In this document: positions 17,228 to 26,194 of the stretch, piece after piece
Layout of the letters: every line of letters begins with the position of its first letter
Numbering within the stretch: position 1 is the first letter of the stretch
IMG/VR virus record: IMGVR_UViG_3300037512_000559
Location: 3,253-67,252 of that record
Strand: one strand, 5' to 3'
Length of the DNA stretch: 64,000 bases
From: a virus
Taxonomy: Duplodnaviria > Caudoviricetes
Position numbers and translations under genes: made by a program
The notes under the pieces: model-generated
Told to the model about the DNA's origin: nothing
Seen by the model: the letters and a program-made list of their open reading frames with translations, nothing else
Databases searched by the model: none

Positions 17228-19252
17228 CTAAAGGGGTAAATCGTCAAATTCTTCTTCTTGGTAGATGGTCGGCGCATCGTCCCATCCGTAGATAATGTTC
17301 TCGGCCTTCTCGTTCTTGATGCGCCTCGATTCCCGTTCATAGAATAGACCGATGAGAGTGTCAACGATACCCATAGAGCGATTCTTGGCTATCTCCACCA
17401 CGACATCGTAGTCCATCATTTCAAGCACCTTCGCAGACCCGAAAAAGTCACGCGCCCTTCGCTCGAAGTCGTTACCTACACGGTGCGAGATAAGGAGGTT
17501 GTCACACAGGTTCGTAAGGTTTGCAGTTCCGGCTATGGATTCCTTTCGGAGAAGCTGGAACGATTGTTCCTTTCGTGGGTGGCAGACAAGGAGGATGTGT
17601 ATGGATTCCTTCTTCGCAAATGTCTTTAAGTCCTTGATAAGCCTCGTCTCGCGCTCGTTTGAAGAACCAATCTGTTCGTCAAGGTCGAGGGCCATAAGGT
17701 TGTCGATTAGAACGAACTTTACACCTTTCTCTGATACTACCTCCTTGATTTTCTCAAAGAGCAACCCCCATTGCTCGCCGTAGTCGTTGTTGTATAGCCA
17801 AAACTTCCCGTCCAGCCACGCATTGATTTTCTCGCTCACGGCCTTCGGCGCGTAATAAAGATTATCAAAGCCTTGTTTTGCAACAACGTTTGATTTTCCA
17901 GCAGCCATCTGGTCGAGCCACGACTGAAAGCGGAATCCTTGTAACTCGCCGGAGAAACAGGCAGTTGGGAAGCCGCGCTGAACCGCGTTGAGGATGAAGT
18001 GGTCGAGAATGGTTGTTTTGCCGGAGCCGGATAGCCCGGAAAGAATTGTCACATCACCGAGCGCGAACCCCATCATTTTGCGGTCGAGTTCCGTTATGCC
18101 GGACGGTATGCAGACAACCTGCGATGGGTCAACCCATTTAATATCGCTCATAGAGAGCCAAATCTTGCCCCTCTCGTCCTCTTTTATGGGTTCGATGGGT
18201 TGCCGTACCATCTGCGAGTTGTAAACTCGTTTTTGACGGTGTTCCTCGCGGAATTGGCGGTCGTAGGCGGTGGGGTCGAAGTGAAGCCTAAAGTCGTGCC
18301 AAGTGTAGTGCTGGCAAGAGTTGTGGAGGCACTTGAATCCGATAGCCCCGGTGTCGAGTTTGAACAGGGCGGCATCCGGGGCTTTGTGATTCGGGTCGAA
18401 CGGGCAGCACTCAAGAACCAGCTTCTCGCCACCTTGAAACCTCCCTCGCTTCACGATGTGGATGTTGTGCGCGTTCACAAAGTTGTCAAGGTCGAAATCC
18501 TCCCTCGTAAAGCCGTTCTGCCTACTCGGTTGCTCCGGCTTCGGAAGCATAGCCGCGACCTTCTGGAGATACGCCTTGTCGGTTATCTTGAACTCGTCCG
18601 GCACTTTCACGAACTGCGAGATTCGCTGCGGCCTCTCCGCCGTGTTCACGCCCTTGTTTGAAGTTGTGCCAATCAGCTTGGAGATTCGGCTTGCGTTGAA
18701 CACGGAGGTGTCGATGTTCGCCGTATCGTTGCTGAATAGCATATCCAGCGCAAGGAGCAAGTCTCGCACAAGATTCGCGTTCTCTACCGTGTTGGCGAGG
18801 TATATCTTGTAGAGCAGATGGTATCCGTTTGCCGAAAACGCAACAACTGGTTTCTCGAACCCTTGAGAATCCAAGAACCTATACACCTGCGCGGCGAGTG
18901 CATAAGCACCTCGCACCTCGTCGTCCGATGCGTTCGTGTCGGAAGGCCGCTTCGGGTCAATGTCAATCAGTAGGGTAGTCCGATAGTCGATGTCCGTGTC
19001 CGAGGTTGTTGACTTCGGCGACTGCATCATCTGGTTCGTCTGGCTACGCCCCCAGCACGATTGCTTGATTGCGTTGATGGTGGCGTAGATGCCGAAACCG
19101 TCATACGGACGGATGGCATTGATAAGGCTATCTACATCCTCGAAATAGCCGGAGAATGTCTTTTTTCCAGAACCGAGGACGCGAACTTCAACGAGCGGGT
19201 TATCCTCCTTAAAGAGACTGAACCATTGCCTAATCGAAGGTTCGTGAATCAT
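17228..19252 (-). CDS. Primase-helicase (AEP/prim-pol N-terminus plus DnaB/Twinkle-like SF4 helicase)
   Basis: LIDIDP and SANGYHL primase motifs; CPF/CLHNSC zinc region; SGLSGSGKTT Walker A, LIDNL and LVCHPRK. Confidence 0.85.
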   Translation of the reverse strand: MIHEPSIRQWFSLFKEDNPLVEVRVLGSGKKTFSGYFEDVDSLINAIRPYDGFGIYATINAIKQSCWGRSQTNQMMQSPKSTTSDTDIDYRTTLLIDIDPKRPSDTNASDDEVRGAYALAAQVYRFLDSQGFEKPVVAFSANGYHLLYKIYLANTVENANLVRDLLLALDMLFSNDTANIDTSVFNASRISKLIGTTSNKGVNTAERPQRISQFVKVPDEFKITDKAYLQKVAAMLPKPEQPSRQNGFTREDFDLDNFVNAHNIHIVKRGRFQGGEKLVLECCPFDPNHKAPDAALFKLDTGAIGFKCLHNSCQHYTWHDFRLHFDPTAYDRQFREEHRQKRVYNSQMVRQPIEPIKEDERGKIWLSMSDIKWVDPSQVVCIPSGITELDRKMMGFALGDVTILSGLSGSGKTTILDHFILNAVQRGFPTACFSGELQGFRFQSWLDQMAAGKSNVVAKQGFDNLYYAPKAVSEKINAWLDGKFWLYNNDYGEQWGLLFEKIKEVVSEKGVKFVLIDNLMALDLDEQIGSSNERETRLIKDLKTFAKKESIHILLVCHPRKEQSFQLLRKESIAGTANLTNLCDNLLISHRVGNDFERRARDFFGSAKVLEMMDYDVVVEIAKNRSMGIVDTLIGLFYERESRRIKNEKAENIIYGWDDAPTIYQEEEFDDLPL

Positions 19253-19255
19253 CTG

Positions 19256-19669
19256 CTACTGCGGTTGAGGTCTCGACCCTGCGGCGGCGAAGAAGCCGCT
19301 TCGCACATCCTCCCCGTAATCTGGAAGCTGGTTGAGGAACGTTCCGAAATTCTTGATGAAGATTTGAGCATCTACGCACTCGCGCACATATCGGTCGATG
19401 ATGCACACCAATTCGTCTGCCGTATGGTCTTTCAGCAGCTTACGAATCTGCGCCTTGTTCTTTGCGCATTTACCCGTAGCCGTACCGCGAATCGGGCATT
19501 TCGTTGGATATTGCTTATAGACTTTTTCGACGGAATCGTCCGTAACCTCCACCGCTGCCCCCTCTGTTGCAGCAACCGCATCCGCGATGATTTCGTTAAT
19601 CGCCTCTCCCGTCTGGAGAGAAATGCTCCGAGCCAGAAGATAGGCTATGATTTCCAATTGTCTTTCCAT
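19256..19669 (-). CDS. Putative replication-associated protein
   Basis: VY..YPTKCP...FIKNFGTFLNQLPD resembles phage replisome-organizer C-termini; adjacent to the primase. Confidence 0.4.
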   Translation of the reverse strand: MERQLEIIAYLLARSISLQTGEAINEIIADAVAATEGAAVEVTDDSVEKVYKQYPTKCPIRGTATGKCAKNKAQIRKLLKDHTADELVCIIDRYVRECVDAQIFIKNFGTFLNQLPDYGEDVRSGFFAAAGSRPQPQ

Positions 19670-19676
19670 TGCCGTG

Positions 19677-20147
19677 TTATTCTATTGTTCCTTCTTTCCA
19701 CGCCAGCACGTTCTTACCAGACTTGCGCAGGTAATCCGCCAGCCAATTACACAAACCGTCCGCAGCCTCGTTATAGGTGTCGCCGCTATGACCGCGCACC
19801 CATTCGGTCGTGACGGTAAGATTCTTGCGCTTTACGGTGTCGGTATAGACCTTGATTATGTTCTCGTTGGTCTTGGCCTTCCATACACCACCAAGCACCT
19901 TTACGCAATACATAGAATCAGAGAGGATATGCACCGTGCTTCCGTCTGGAATGGCTTGCACCGTATGGACGAAAGCACCCAACTCCTGTTCGTTGTTGAG
20001 TTGCTGCTTGCCGTTATCCTTGCACCGTCTGGCCTTTACCCACCGATGCAGAACCCTTGACTTATCCTCGCTCAAGATGATACAGGCGGAAGCACCAACG
20101 CGGTCGCCCATATCGAAGTAACCATCCGTATATGCTATGTATTTCAC
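19677..20147 (-). CDS. rnhA: Ribonuclease HI
   Basis: YTDG, NNEQEL, LSDS.Y and WVRGHSG..YNE.AD motifs. Confidence 0.85.
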   Translation of the reverse strand: MKYIAYTDGYFDMGDRVGASACIILSEDKSRVLHRWVKARRCKDNGKQQLNNEQELGAFVHTVQAIPDGSTVHILSDSMYCVKVLGGVWKAKTNENIIKVYTDTVKRKNLTVTTEWVRGHSGDTYNEAADGLCNWLADYLRKSGKNVLAWKEGTIE

Positions 20148-20365
20148 GCCATATCGTTCTTTTCGTTCAACATATCATCCGGCAGCTTTCCTCGCTTGCT
20201 CCAGTACATACACAAGCCGTAGCACAGGCCACCGCTTGCGATACAGACAAGCACCATCCAATTCTCTTTCAGCCCCTCCTCTAATCCGCAGATGTATGAG
20301 AAAAGGGATGCCCCGCACAGGAGGGCGAGAATGAAGATTACCCACTTGCGAACCGTTTTCATCAT
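20144..20365 (-). CDS. Small membrane protein
   Basis: Two TM segments. Confidence 0.5.
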   Translation of the reverse strand: MMKTVRKWVIFILALLCGASLFSYICGLEEGLKENWMVLVCIASGGLCYGLCMYWSKRGKLPDDMLNEKNDMA

Positions 20366-21027
20366 TCCTCAGTTAGTATGCTATGGATGTTGATTTTCTT
20401 CTTCTCAATCAAAACCAACTCGCCATCCTCGATGCGGAATCCGATGTCGTGAAGGTGTTTGATTATCTGGCGAGGCGTGAAGTCGTTGAGCGTCTTTGCT
20501 TTCGCAAGCACAGAAGCATTCTGGACGGGCTTCTTATACTGCTTCTTGGCGAGTGCCATATTTATTGCATTTGCGAAGTCGGCGATGAAGTAAAGCCCAT
20601 CCTGCGGACAAATCGTGAAATTTTGTGCCGTTCCATCAGAAAACATAAGGTTTACCTCGCAATTGGACGCGATGGGGCAGAGCGCGATTCCGATGATGCC
20701 ATCAGCGTTTTGTCCGCCACGACAACTCTTGAACTTCTGCCAAAGATAGTATTGGAGCGCGATGAAATCAATCTTACCAACTTGATGAACATTTGCGTTC
20801 TCGCCACGAAACATCGCGGGGTCGTGGGCCGTGACGGTATCTACCGGGGTTCTACCCCCCCCCTCGGACACCTTCTGCTTCTTGGCCTCGCTATAAAACT
20901 TCATACTTACCGCGCCCTCGGTGCGCCCGAACATCTGGGCTATCTCCGAAAACTTTGCACCTTGTTCGCGCATCTTCTTCATTTCCTGCCATTCCGCATC
21001 GGAATACGGCTTTTGCTCTTTACTCAT
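20362..21027 (-). CDS. Hypothetical protein with N-terminal Myb/HTH-like domain
   Basis: YSDAEW.EMKKMR.QGAKFSEIA..FGRTEGAV; start preceded by the CACTAA..GCCTT motif. Confidence 0.55.
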   Translation of the reverse strand: MSKEQKPYSDAEWQEMKKMREQGAKFSEIAQMFGRTEGAVSMKFYSEAKKQKVSEGGGRTPVDTVTAHDPAMFRGENANVHQVGKIDFIALQYYLWQKFKSCRGGQNADGIIGIALCPIASNCEVNLMFSDGTAQNFTICPQDGLYFIADFANAINMALAKKQYKKPVQNASVLAKAKTLNDFTPRQIIKHLHDIGFRIEDGELVLIEKKKINIHSILTEE

Positions 21028-21055
21028 AAGGCATTAACATTTAGTGTAACAACAT

Positions 21056-21137
21056 TGGTGGAGATAGCAGGAATCGAACCTACGGGGAATAAATACGTTA
21101 TGGCAACATCCTACTACCCCCGCACCCAGCTATCCCC
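21056..21137 (-). ncRNA. tRNA-like element with alanine identity (no D-stem)
   Basis: GGGGAUA/UAUCUCC-A-CCA acceptor with G3.U70; T-arm GUAGG-UUCGAUU-CCUGC; no canonical D or anticodon arm. Confidence 0.55.
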
Positions 21138-21214
21138 GGTTTGGCGGTGGGGGAGTTTTCACCGCCTTGCGAACTAACGTTGATAGAAATAATTGTTATT
21201 ACCTCTCCCCTGTG

Positions 21215-21294
21215 TGCGCAGGGAGGGAATCGAACCCTCACTCCGTAGAACTGGCTCCTTGGGCCAGCGCGTCTGCCAATTCCGCCACCTGCGC
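21215..21294 (-). tRNA. tRNA-Leu (anticodon AAG, C33; CCA not encoded)
   Basis: Full cloverleaf: GCGCAGG/CCUGCGC, D-arm GCG-GAAUUGGCAGA-CGC, CUGGC-CCAAGGA-GCCAG, short variable arm, GAGGG-UUCGAUU-CCCUC, discriminator A. Confidence 0.8.
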
Positions 21295-21601
21295 AAAAGC
21301 GGGTCTGTTCCCCGCCGCCAGCAACTGCCCGTAATGGATGTATGATTATTAGGCCGACCACCCACTCCAGCTTGTCGGTCGAATCTTAACAGGGCATCCG
21401 ACAAGCCTTATTACGAACCTACCCAAGACCGCGTACCGTGCCAGTACCCGCGCATCGCCATCGGCCACCCTATACAAAACTAAAGCAACACGAAAAGCAA
21501 AGGTCTATCTCAAAAAAGGGCGCGAACCCCACACACATCACATCCCCAAATCTCCGGGTAAGAGTGTTATTTGGTTGATGTTAAAATTCTGGCCGCGCCC
21601 A

Positions 21602-21928
21602 CTAATTCGGCAATCCGTCTTTGCGGTGGAAAACCATAGGCGGCACTTTGCCCGCCTTGACTTCCGCATCGTAGATACCGCGTAATGCTTCGATAAGAAC
21701 CCCCTTTCCAGAGGGGCAATCAACAGTCCCGAAAGAGACGAGCATACTTGCCATTATCTCCGCGCTTCCACCACCAGCCGAATACATTTCAATCTGGTTG
21801 TTCTCATTTACCGCTCCGGCGTAGAGGATGGCCGCTATTTGCAGCCCGGAAGCCTCCGCCTCGCGCATTATTTCCATTATCTGCCCGAACAACGGGTCAA
21901 TCTTGCTTGCCAGTTCCTTCGCGGTCAT
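21602..21928 (-). CDS. Hypothetical protein (possible paralog of the next gene)
   Basis: ORF track; shared I.P...I.EI...AIL.AG pattern. Confidence 0.5.
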   Translation of the reverse strand: MTAKELASKIDPLFGQIMEIMREAEASGLQIAAILYAGAVNENNQIEMYSAGGGSAEIMASMLVSFGTVDCPSGKGVLIEALRGIYDAEVKAGKVPPMVFHRKDGLPN

Positions 21929-22229
21929 TATTCTGCTTTCTCTCTATGCCGCCAAACATATCACCAGCGATACCGCGAATGGCAATCAGTTTTGCGACAT
22001 CCATAAACATCCTCTCGTGCGGCTTCTCATCCGTGAACGCCTCGAACATAAGATAGCGAAGGTCTCCACCCCTGCCGTGAACCATCGTAGTATGGCGGTT
22101 GCCATCGCCAGCGAGAAGGATAGCGGAAGCCTCTTTTCCTTCCTCTTTGTACTTCTGTGCTATTTCCAGAATAGCCTCAACGTGCGGTGTGATTTCTACG
22201 AGAAAGTCATTCTTGACTTCGGGTTTCAT
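21897..22229 (-). CDS. Hypothetical protein
   Basis: ORF track. Confidence 0.5.
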   Translation of the reverse strand: MKPEVKNDFLVEITPHVEAILEIAQKYKEEGKEASAILLAGDGNRHTTMVHGRGGDLRYLMFEAFTDEKPHERMFMDVAKLIAIRGIAGDMFGGIERKQNNDREGTGKQD

Positions 22230-22459
22230 CGTCTTACCCCCCCCATTTCCACGTTTTCAGTTTCGTTCTTGGCTTTCAAAGCCTCATTTTTGATTTCTTC
22301 CATTGTTGTTAGGTGTTAGGATTGATTCTTCCGCAACTACGACATACTTTCCGTTGTCGAGCCGTACCATATACCCGTGCTTATGAAAGCCCGTGATTTC
22401 GCCCGAAAGGAATCGTGATACACCCTCCCACGAAATACGTTCGCCGATGTTGCGGTTCA

Positions 22460-22891
22460 TCAGAAGTTTGATAAAATGGTGTTGAATTGTTCCTCGGTGA
22501 TACGGCTACCGAGTAAGCCGAAAATTACATCCTTGACCCTTTCGTAAACCTCCTCAAACTCCGCGTTATCCATCGAAGAAAACTTCAAAGATTTCGGTAT
22601 CTCCACAAACTCCTTCAATCTTGGATTGTAGTATAGTTCGTAGAAACCAGCCGCCACGATGCAATATGCGCGAAATCCCTCCGTGGAGCGAAAACCGTTT
22701 TGAGTGCGCTCCGGCAGTAAAGAATATCCGGCGGATATGAGGGCGAAGAATTTTTTGTGGAACTTGTAGTTGCGAACCAGTTTTATTTCTGCTTCGTAAA
22801 CCTCTCCGTTCTTCAATTTCTTCTTCGCTTCGTAATCCTCATCGCAGAGCGGCATCAAGCCGTGCGTGGTGTTGAGGAGGTTTAGTTTCAA
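22460..22891 (-). CDS. DUF1367-like protein (NinB/recombination region)
   Basis: RNYKFHKKFFALI and PKSLKFSSMD..EF..VY motifs. Confidence 0.7.
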   Translation of the reverse strand: MKLNLLNTTHGLMPLCDEDYEAKKKLKNGEVYEAEIKLVRNYKFHKKFFALISAGYSLLPERTQNGFRSTEGFRAYCIVAAGFYELYYNPRLKEFVEIPKSLKFSSMDNAEFEEVYERVKDVIFGLLGSRITEEQFNTILSNF

Positions 22892-22917
22892 GGGGTGATA
22901 TGCAAAGGGTTAGCAGG

Positions 22918-23526
22918 TTAATCAAAGGGCAAATCGCCGGGATAGTTGTTCGGGTCAAGCTGCTGCGCCATACTCGGCTGGCCCGGAGGTGCGGCCGGAG
23001 GCATAGGTGCTGCCTGTTGCTGGGGAGGGAACGGTGCGCCCTGTGGCATAGGCGGCACTTGCTGCTGCGGCGGCATCTGTGGTTGTGCTACCGCGCCATA
23101 GGATTGCTGGTAGCCCGGCTGCGGTGCGCCAGGATAGCCCTGCGGCGGAGCGGATTGCTGGTACTGCGGGTATGGAGGATACTGCTGCTGCGGCGCAGCC
23201 TGTTGCGGCTTGTTGCCAACGAGTTGAAGGGTAGCGGCTCTGATTTTCGTCACAGAATGGTTCTGGCCGTTCTGGTCTTGCCACTTGTCGGTTTTTATAG
23301 AACCCTCGATAAAGACGGGAGTTCCTTTTCGGAGGTACTGTATCACCCCCGCGTTACCCCAGAGTTCAATGTTGTGGAACTCTGTGTTTTCGACAATCGT
23401 ACCGTCTGCTTTTTTGAACCGCTCGTTGGTTGCAAGGCCGAACGTGGCGACTTGGGATTGACCCACCACTCGAACCTGCGGGTCGGAGGTTAGGTTTCCT
23501 AAAAGAATTACTTTGTTTACACTCAT
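22918..23526 (-). CDS. ssb: Single-stranded DNA-binding protein
   Basis: SVNKVILLGNL..DP OB-fold, Q/P-rich linker, acidic DLPF tail. Confidence 0.95.
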   Translation of the reverse strand: MSVNKVILLGNLTSDPQVRVVGQSQVATFGLATNERFKKADGTIVENTEFHNIELWGNAGVIQYLRKGTPVFIEGSIKTDKWQDQNGQNHSVTKIRAATLQLVGNKPQQAAPQQQYPPYPQYQQSAPPQGYPGAPQPGYQQSYGAVAQPQMPPQQQVPPMPQGAPFPPQQQAAPMPPAAPPGQPSMAQQLDPNNYPGDLPFD

Positions 23527-23528
23527 TG

Positions 23529-24143
23529 TTAAAACTGGTAGATTATGATGTTATGTTCTTGACAGAAGCCTTTATGAAAGAGTTTCATCTTTTTCTCGAA
23601 CGCCTCCGCCTCCTTACGTTTTAAGTCCCTCTCGACCCTCAACCGTTCCTTTTCTGCCGGGTCGGAGGCTCTTGAGGCGGCATCGGTTAAATCGTACTGC
23701 TTCTGGCGAATCGCCTTAAGGGTATTCTTTTGCCGATTCTGCGACTTTTGCAGCAACTTGGTAAGTTCCCTCAAGCGATTGTCCTTCGCGTAGATTTCGC
23801 CATATCTTGACGCTCTATAATGGCAGGTAAGCCCATACTTACGAAGCACCTCGCGGAACTCCTCGCGACTCATCGTGAAGTTGTCGTTTGGCTCATCCCT
23901 GTCTATCGTCTGAAACAGGAGGATTTCGTAGCAGTAGCCAATCTCGCCCTCCACGAACCTTGCGCGGACGGGGAAGCGGGCTATCACCCACGGTTGGTTC
24001 TCGCGCTCCAACTGCTCGATGGTCTTGAGCGGATTGCCATAGGTTATCGTGGGCTTTGGCCTCCATCTTGGCTTTTTAGGCTTGTCCGATACTTTCTTAC
24101 TCGCCATCCTTGTCGGGTTTGAAAGATACGGACGCGGCCACAT
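23529..24143 (-). CDS. Hypothetical protein
   Basis: ORF track; start may be the later MASKK. Confidence 0.5.
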   Translation of the reverse strand: MWPRPYLSNPTRMASKKVSDKPKKPRWRPKPTITYGNPLKTIEQLERENQPWVIARFPVRARFVEGEIGYCYEILLFQTIDRDEPNDNFTMSREEFREVLRKYGLTCHYRASRYGEIYAKDNRLRELTKLLQKSQNRQKNTLKAIRQKQYDLTDAASRASDPAEKERLRVERDLKRKEAEAFEKKMKLFHKGFCQEHNIIIYQF

Positions 24144-25029
24144 TCACAGTCTTTGAGCATTGCGTAACCAGTTCCGGCGCAATCTTTTCGAGTTTCGCCT
24201 TATCTATCTGGCTTCGGCTGCTCGCCTTGCGGAGAACGAACTTGCCGCCATCCGTTGCGAGTTCCGTAAGGTTGTTCGCAACCATATAGTCGCATACCTT
24301 GTCGTAGTAGGTTTTAAGCGCATCCTCCAGAGCCTTGACGGTAGCCTTGAGTTCGTCAACCCTTGCGGCTTTGGCGACCACTTCGGAGATTTCGTCGTCG
24401 GACAGAACAAGCGATGCTTGTGGCTGCTCGGACATATCCACGAATACTCGGCCCTCTCTTTCGCAAGCGATGAGTTCATCCACCCATTCCGAGCCGAGGT
24501 CTTTGACTGGATAGAAGCCCTTAATCTTCTTGGTTTTCTTATCAAGATGCAAGCAGTACAAACCCTCAACCTTGATTTTCGGATTCTGCCGCTCGAACAG
24601 GACTTTGTAGATTGATAGCTGAGATTCGAGGGCGTGGGTATGAAGTTTCTGGGTACTCTTGAAGTCCACCAGAATAACGGTGTTCTTTTTCGAGCCTTCG
24701 TACACGCCATCAATGGATGAGGCAACGGTCGTGTCATCGCTGACAAGGTATTCGACCGCAACGCACTTCAATCCGAGCTTTTGGTACGCTTGGATGAGCG
24801 GAGAAATAAGAACGGCCTGTCCCGTTTCGTAGTCCTCAATCTCTTTATGGAGTGCCGTTCCTTCTTCCGCAGCCCTGCGGAGCGTGGCTTCCGGGATGCC
24901 GGAATAATCCGCCCCAAGCCCGTGCTTGCGCATCAACGATGTCACACCGATTAACTCGTCACCATTCTCGTTGAGGTAGATATGCGCCTGTTCGCTGAAA
25001 AATACTTTTTCGTTCTTTATGAGTTTCAT
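24097..25029 (-). CDS. PD-(D/E)XK exonuclease (YqaJ/RecE-like recombination partner)
   Basis: GVTSL..., GTALH..IE, SSIDGV...LVDFKST...QLSIY motifs; adjacent to the SSAP. Confidence 0.8.
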   Translation of the reverse strand: MKLIKNEKVFFSEQAHIYLNENGDELIGVTSLMRKHGLGADYSGIPEATLRRAAEEGTALHKEIEDYETGQAVLISPLIQAYQKLGLKCVAVEYLVSDDTTVASSIDGVYEGSKKNTVILVDFKSTQKLHTHALESQLSIYKVLFERQNPKIKVEGLYCLHLDKKTKKIKGFYPVKDLGSEWVDELIACEREGRVFVDMSEQPQASLVLSDDEISEVVAKAARVDELKATVKALEDALKTYYDKVCDYMVANNLTELATDGGKFVLRKASSRSQIDKAKLEKIAPELVTQCSKTVNVAASVSFKPDKDGE

Positions 25030-25634
25030 TTTGCGGATACTTCTCTTTGCCTCTTAGTGAAGGCGAGTTTAAACTCCTTGTCGTTGCCGAACCATTGCTT
25101 GTAGTGTTCCCAAGCTGCGTTCAGCATTTCCTGTGTGCTACAACCGTTGATATATTCGATTGCCGCATCACGCGATTCTTCGATGGCCTTCTCCTGCTGG
25201 TACTTCGATACATCGGCTTCCCAATACACGTTTGCTCCGATACCGAGGCTTCTACAACATTGCGAGAGCGCGTCCGTGTACGCCTTCTTTAGCGCATCGT
25301 CATCCACGAAAATTCCGTTTTTCTCTTGTGCTGCGACCATTGCGCCGCCAAATCCTACGATGGGTGCGCTCCACCCGTTAGCCGTTTTCGTGAATAGATG
25401 AACTTCGAGGTAAACCGCCCTTTCCGAACCGACTGTCTCCGTCCATTGTTTCTCCACTTCGGTGTACCAACCAACCCCAGCCGGGCCAAACTCTTTCGTG
25501 AGGGTCTGGATTCGCCACATCGGATTGATGTCGGTTTTCCCTTTAAGCCTTCCAGCTTGGATAGGCTTCTGCGCCTCGTTCGGCACTTCACGAACCCTAT
25601 TGTATAGTTCGAGATTCTTCTTTTCTTCTGACAT
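25026..25634 (-). CDS. Rad52/Sak-like single-strand annealing protein
   Basis: GRLKGKTDINPMWRI..LT..FGPAGVGW and DD.A.KKAYTDALS...LGIG..VY motifs. Confidence 0.8.
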   Translation of the reverse strand: MSEEKKNLELYNRVREVPNEAQKPIQAGRLKGKTDINPMWRIQTLTKEFGPAGVGWYTEVEKQWTETVGSERAVYLEVHLFTKTANGWSAPIVGFGGAMVAAQEKNGIFVDDDALKKAYTDALSQCCRSLGIGANVYWEADVSKYQQEKAIEESRDAAIEYINGCSTQEMLNAAWEHYKQWFGNDKEFKLAFTKRQREVSAK

Positions 25635-25637
25635 TTG

Positions 25638-25837
25638 TTAGTTTTTAGGTTTTCGCGTCCTACGGCGCACCTTGATTAGTGATTCTTCCGTGAGGGTGAG
25701 GCTCTTTGCTTCAAAATCTACGATGTAAAGCGGCGTACCGTCAAAAGCGGATGTCGAAATAGCCGCAACGGTTCCGTATTCATACCCCCCCCATTTTGCC
25801 GGGCTATCTTAACCCGGTCAAGAACTTCGAGGCTCAT
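25638..25837 (-). pseudogene. Small SH3/KOW-like protein frameshifted at a G8 tract
   Basis: Manual translation: MSLEVLDRVKIARQNG.. joins YEYGTVAAI...PLYIVDF in another frame; G8 at 25785-25792, one extra G gives 66 aa ending 3 nt before the next ATG. Confidence 0.5.
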
Positions 25838-25929
25838 AGTATTTGATTTTATGGTGTTTCAAGAAAAGGGGCGGAGAGACCGTGAAAAAGTAATGAAAAA
25901 ACACGGCAGGTCAGCCACTTCGCCCCAGA

Positions 25930-26175
25930 TTATTGCTCTATCCAATACTGCGCGACCCAAGCCGTACCACCGTCTGCGGTCGAAACTTGAATCTTCTTGC
26001 GCTTGACTTCGATTCCATTCTTCTGCTGGATGTCGGTGATTCTGGAGGCGAGGCGGGCGCATCCGAATCTGCGTAACGCCTCTTGTGAGGTCAGCTTACC
26101 TCCGCTCTGGAGGAACGCGAGGATTCTCGCCCGCTGCGTGTCGCTCCGAGGCTCGTTGTCATTGATGTTTGCCAT
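25930..26175 (-). CDS. Winged-helix DNA-binding protein (HTH_39-like)
   Basis: TQRARILAFLQSGGKLTSQEALRRFGCARLASRI; start preceded by a variant of the CACTAA..GCCTT motif (TCCTT-ATG). Confidence 0.7.
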   Translation of the reverse strand: MANINDNEPRSDTQRARILAFLQSGGKLTSQEALRRFGCARLASRITDIQQKNGIEVKRKKIQVSTADGGTAWVAQYWIEQ

Positions 26176-26194
26176 AAGGATTAGATTTAGTGAA

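Noticed and set aside
20855-22244. C9 (20855-63) and C8 (22237-44) tracts as further frameshifts
   Set aside because: Both lie in ORFs that read through and couple normally to the next gene.
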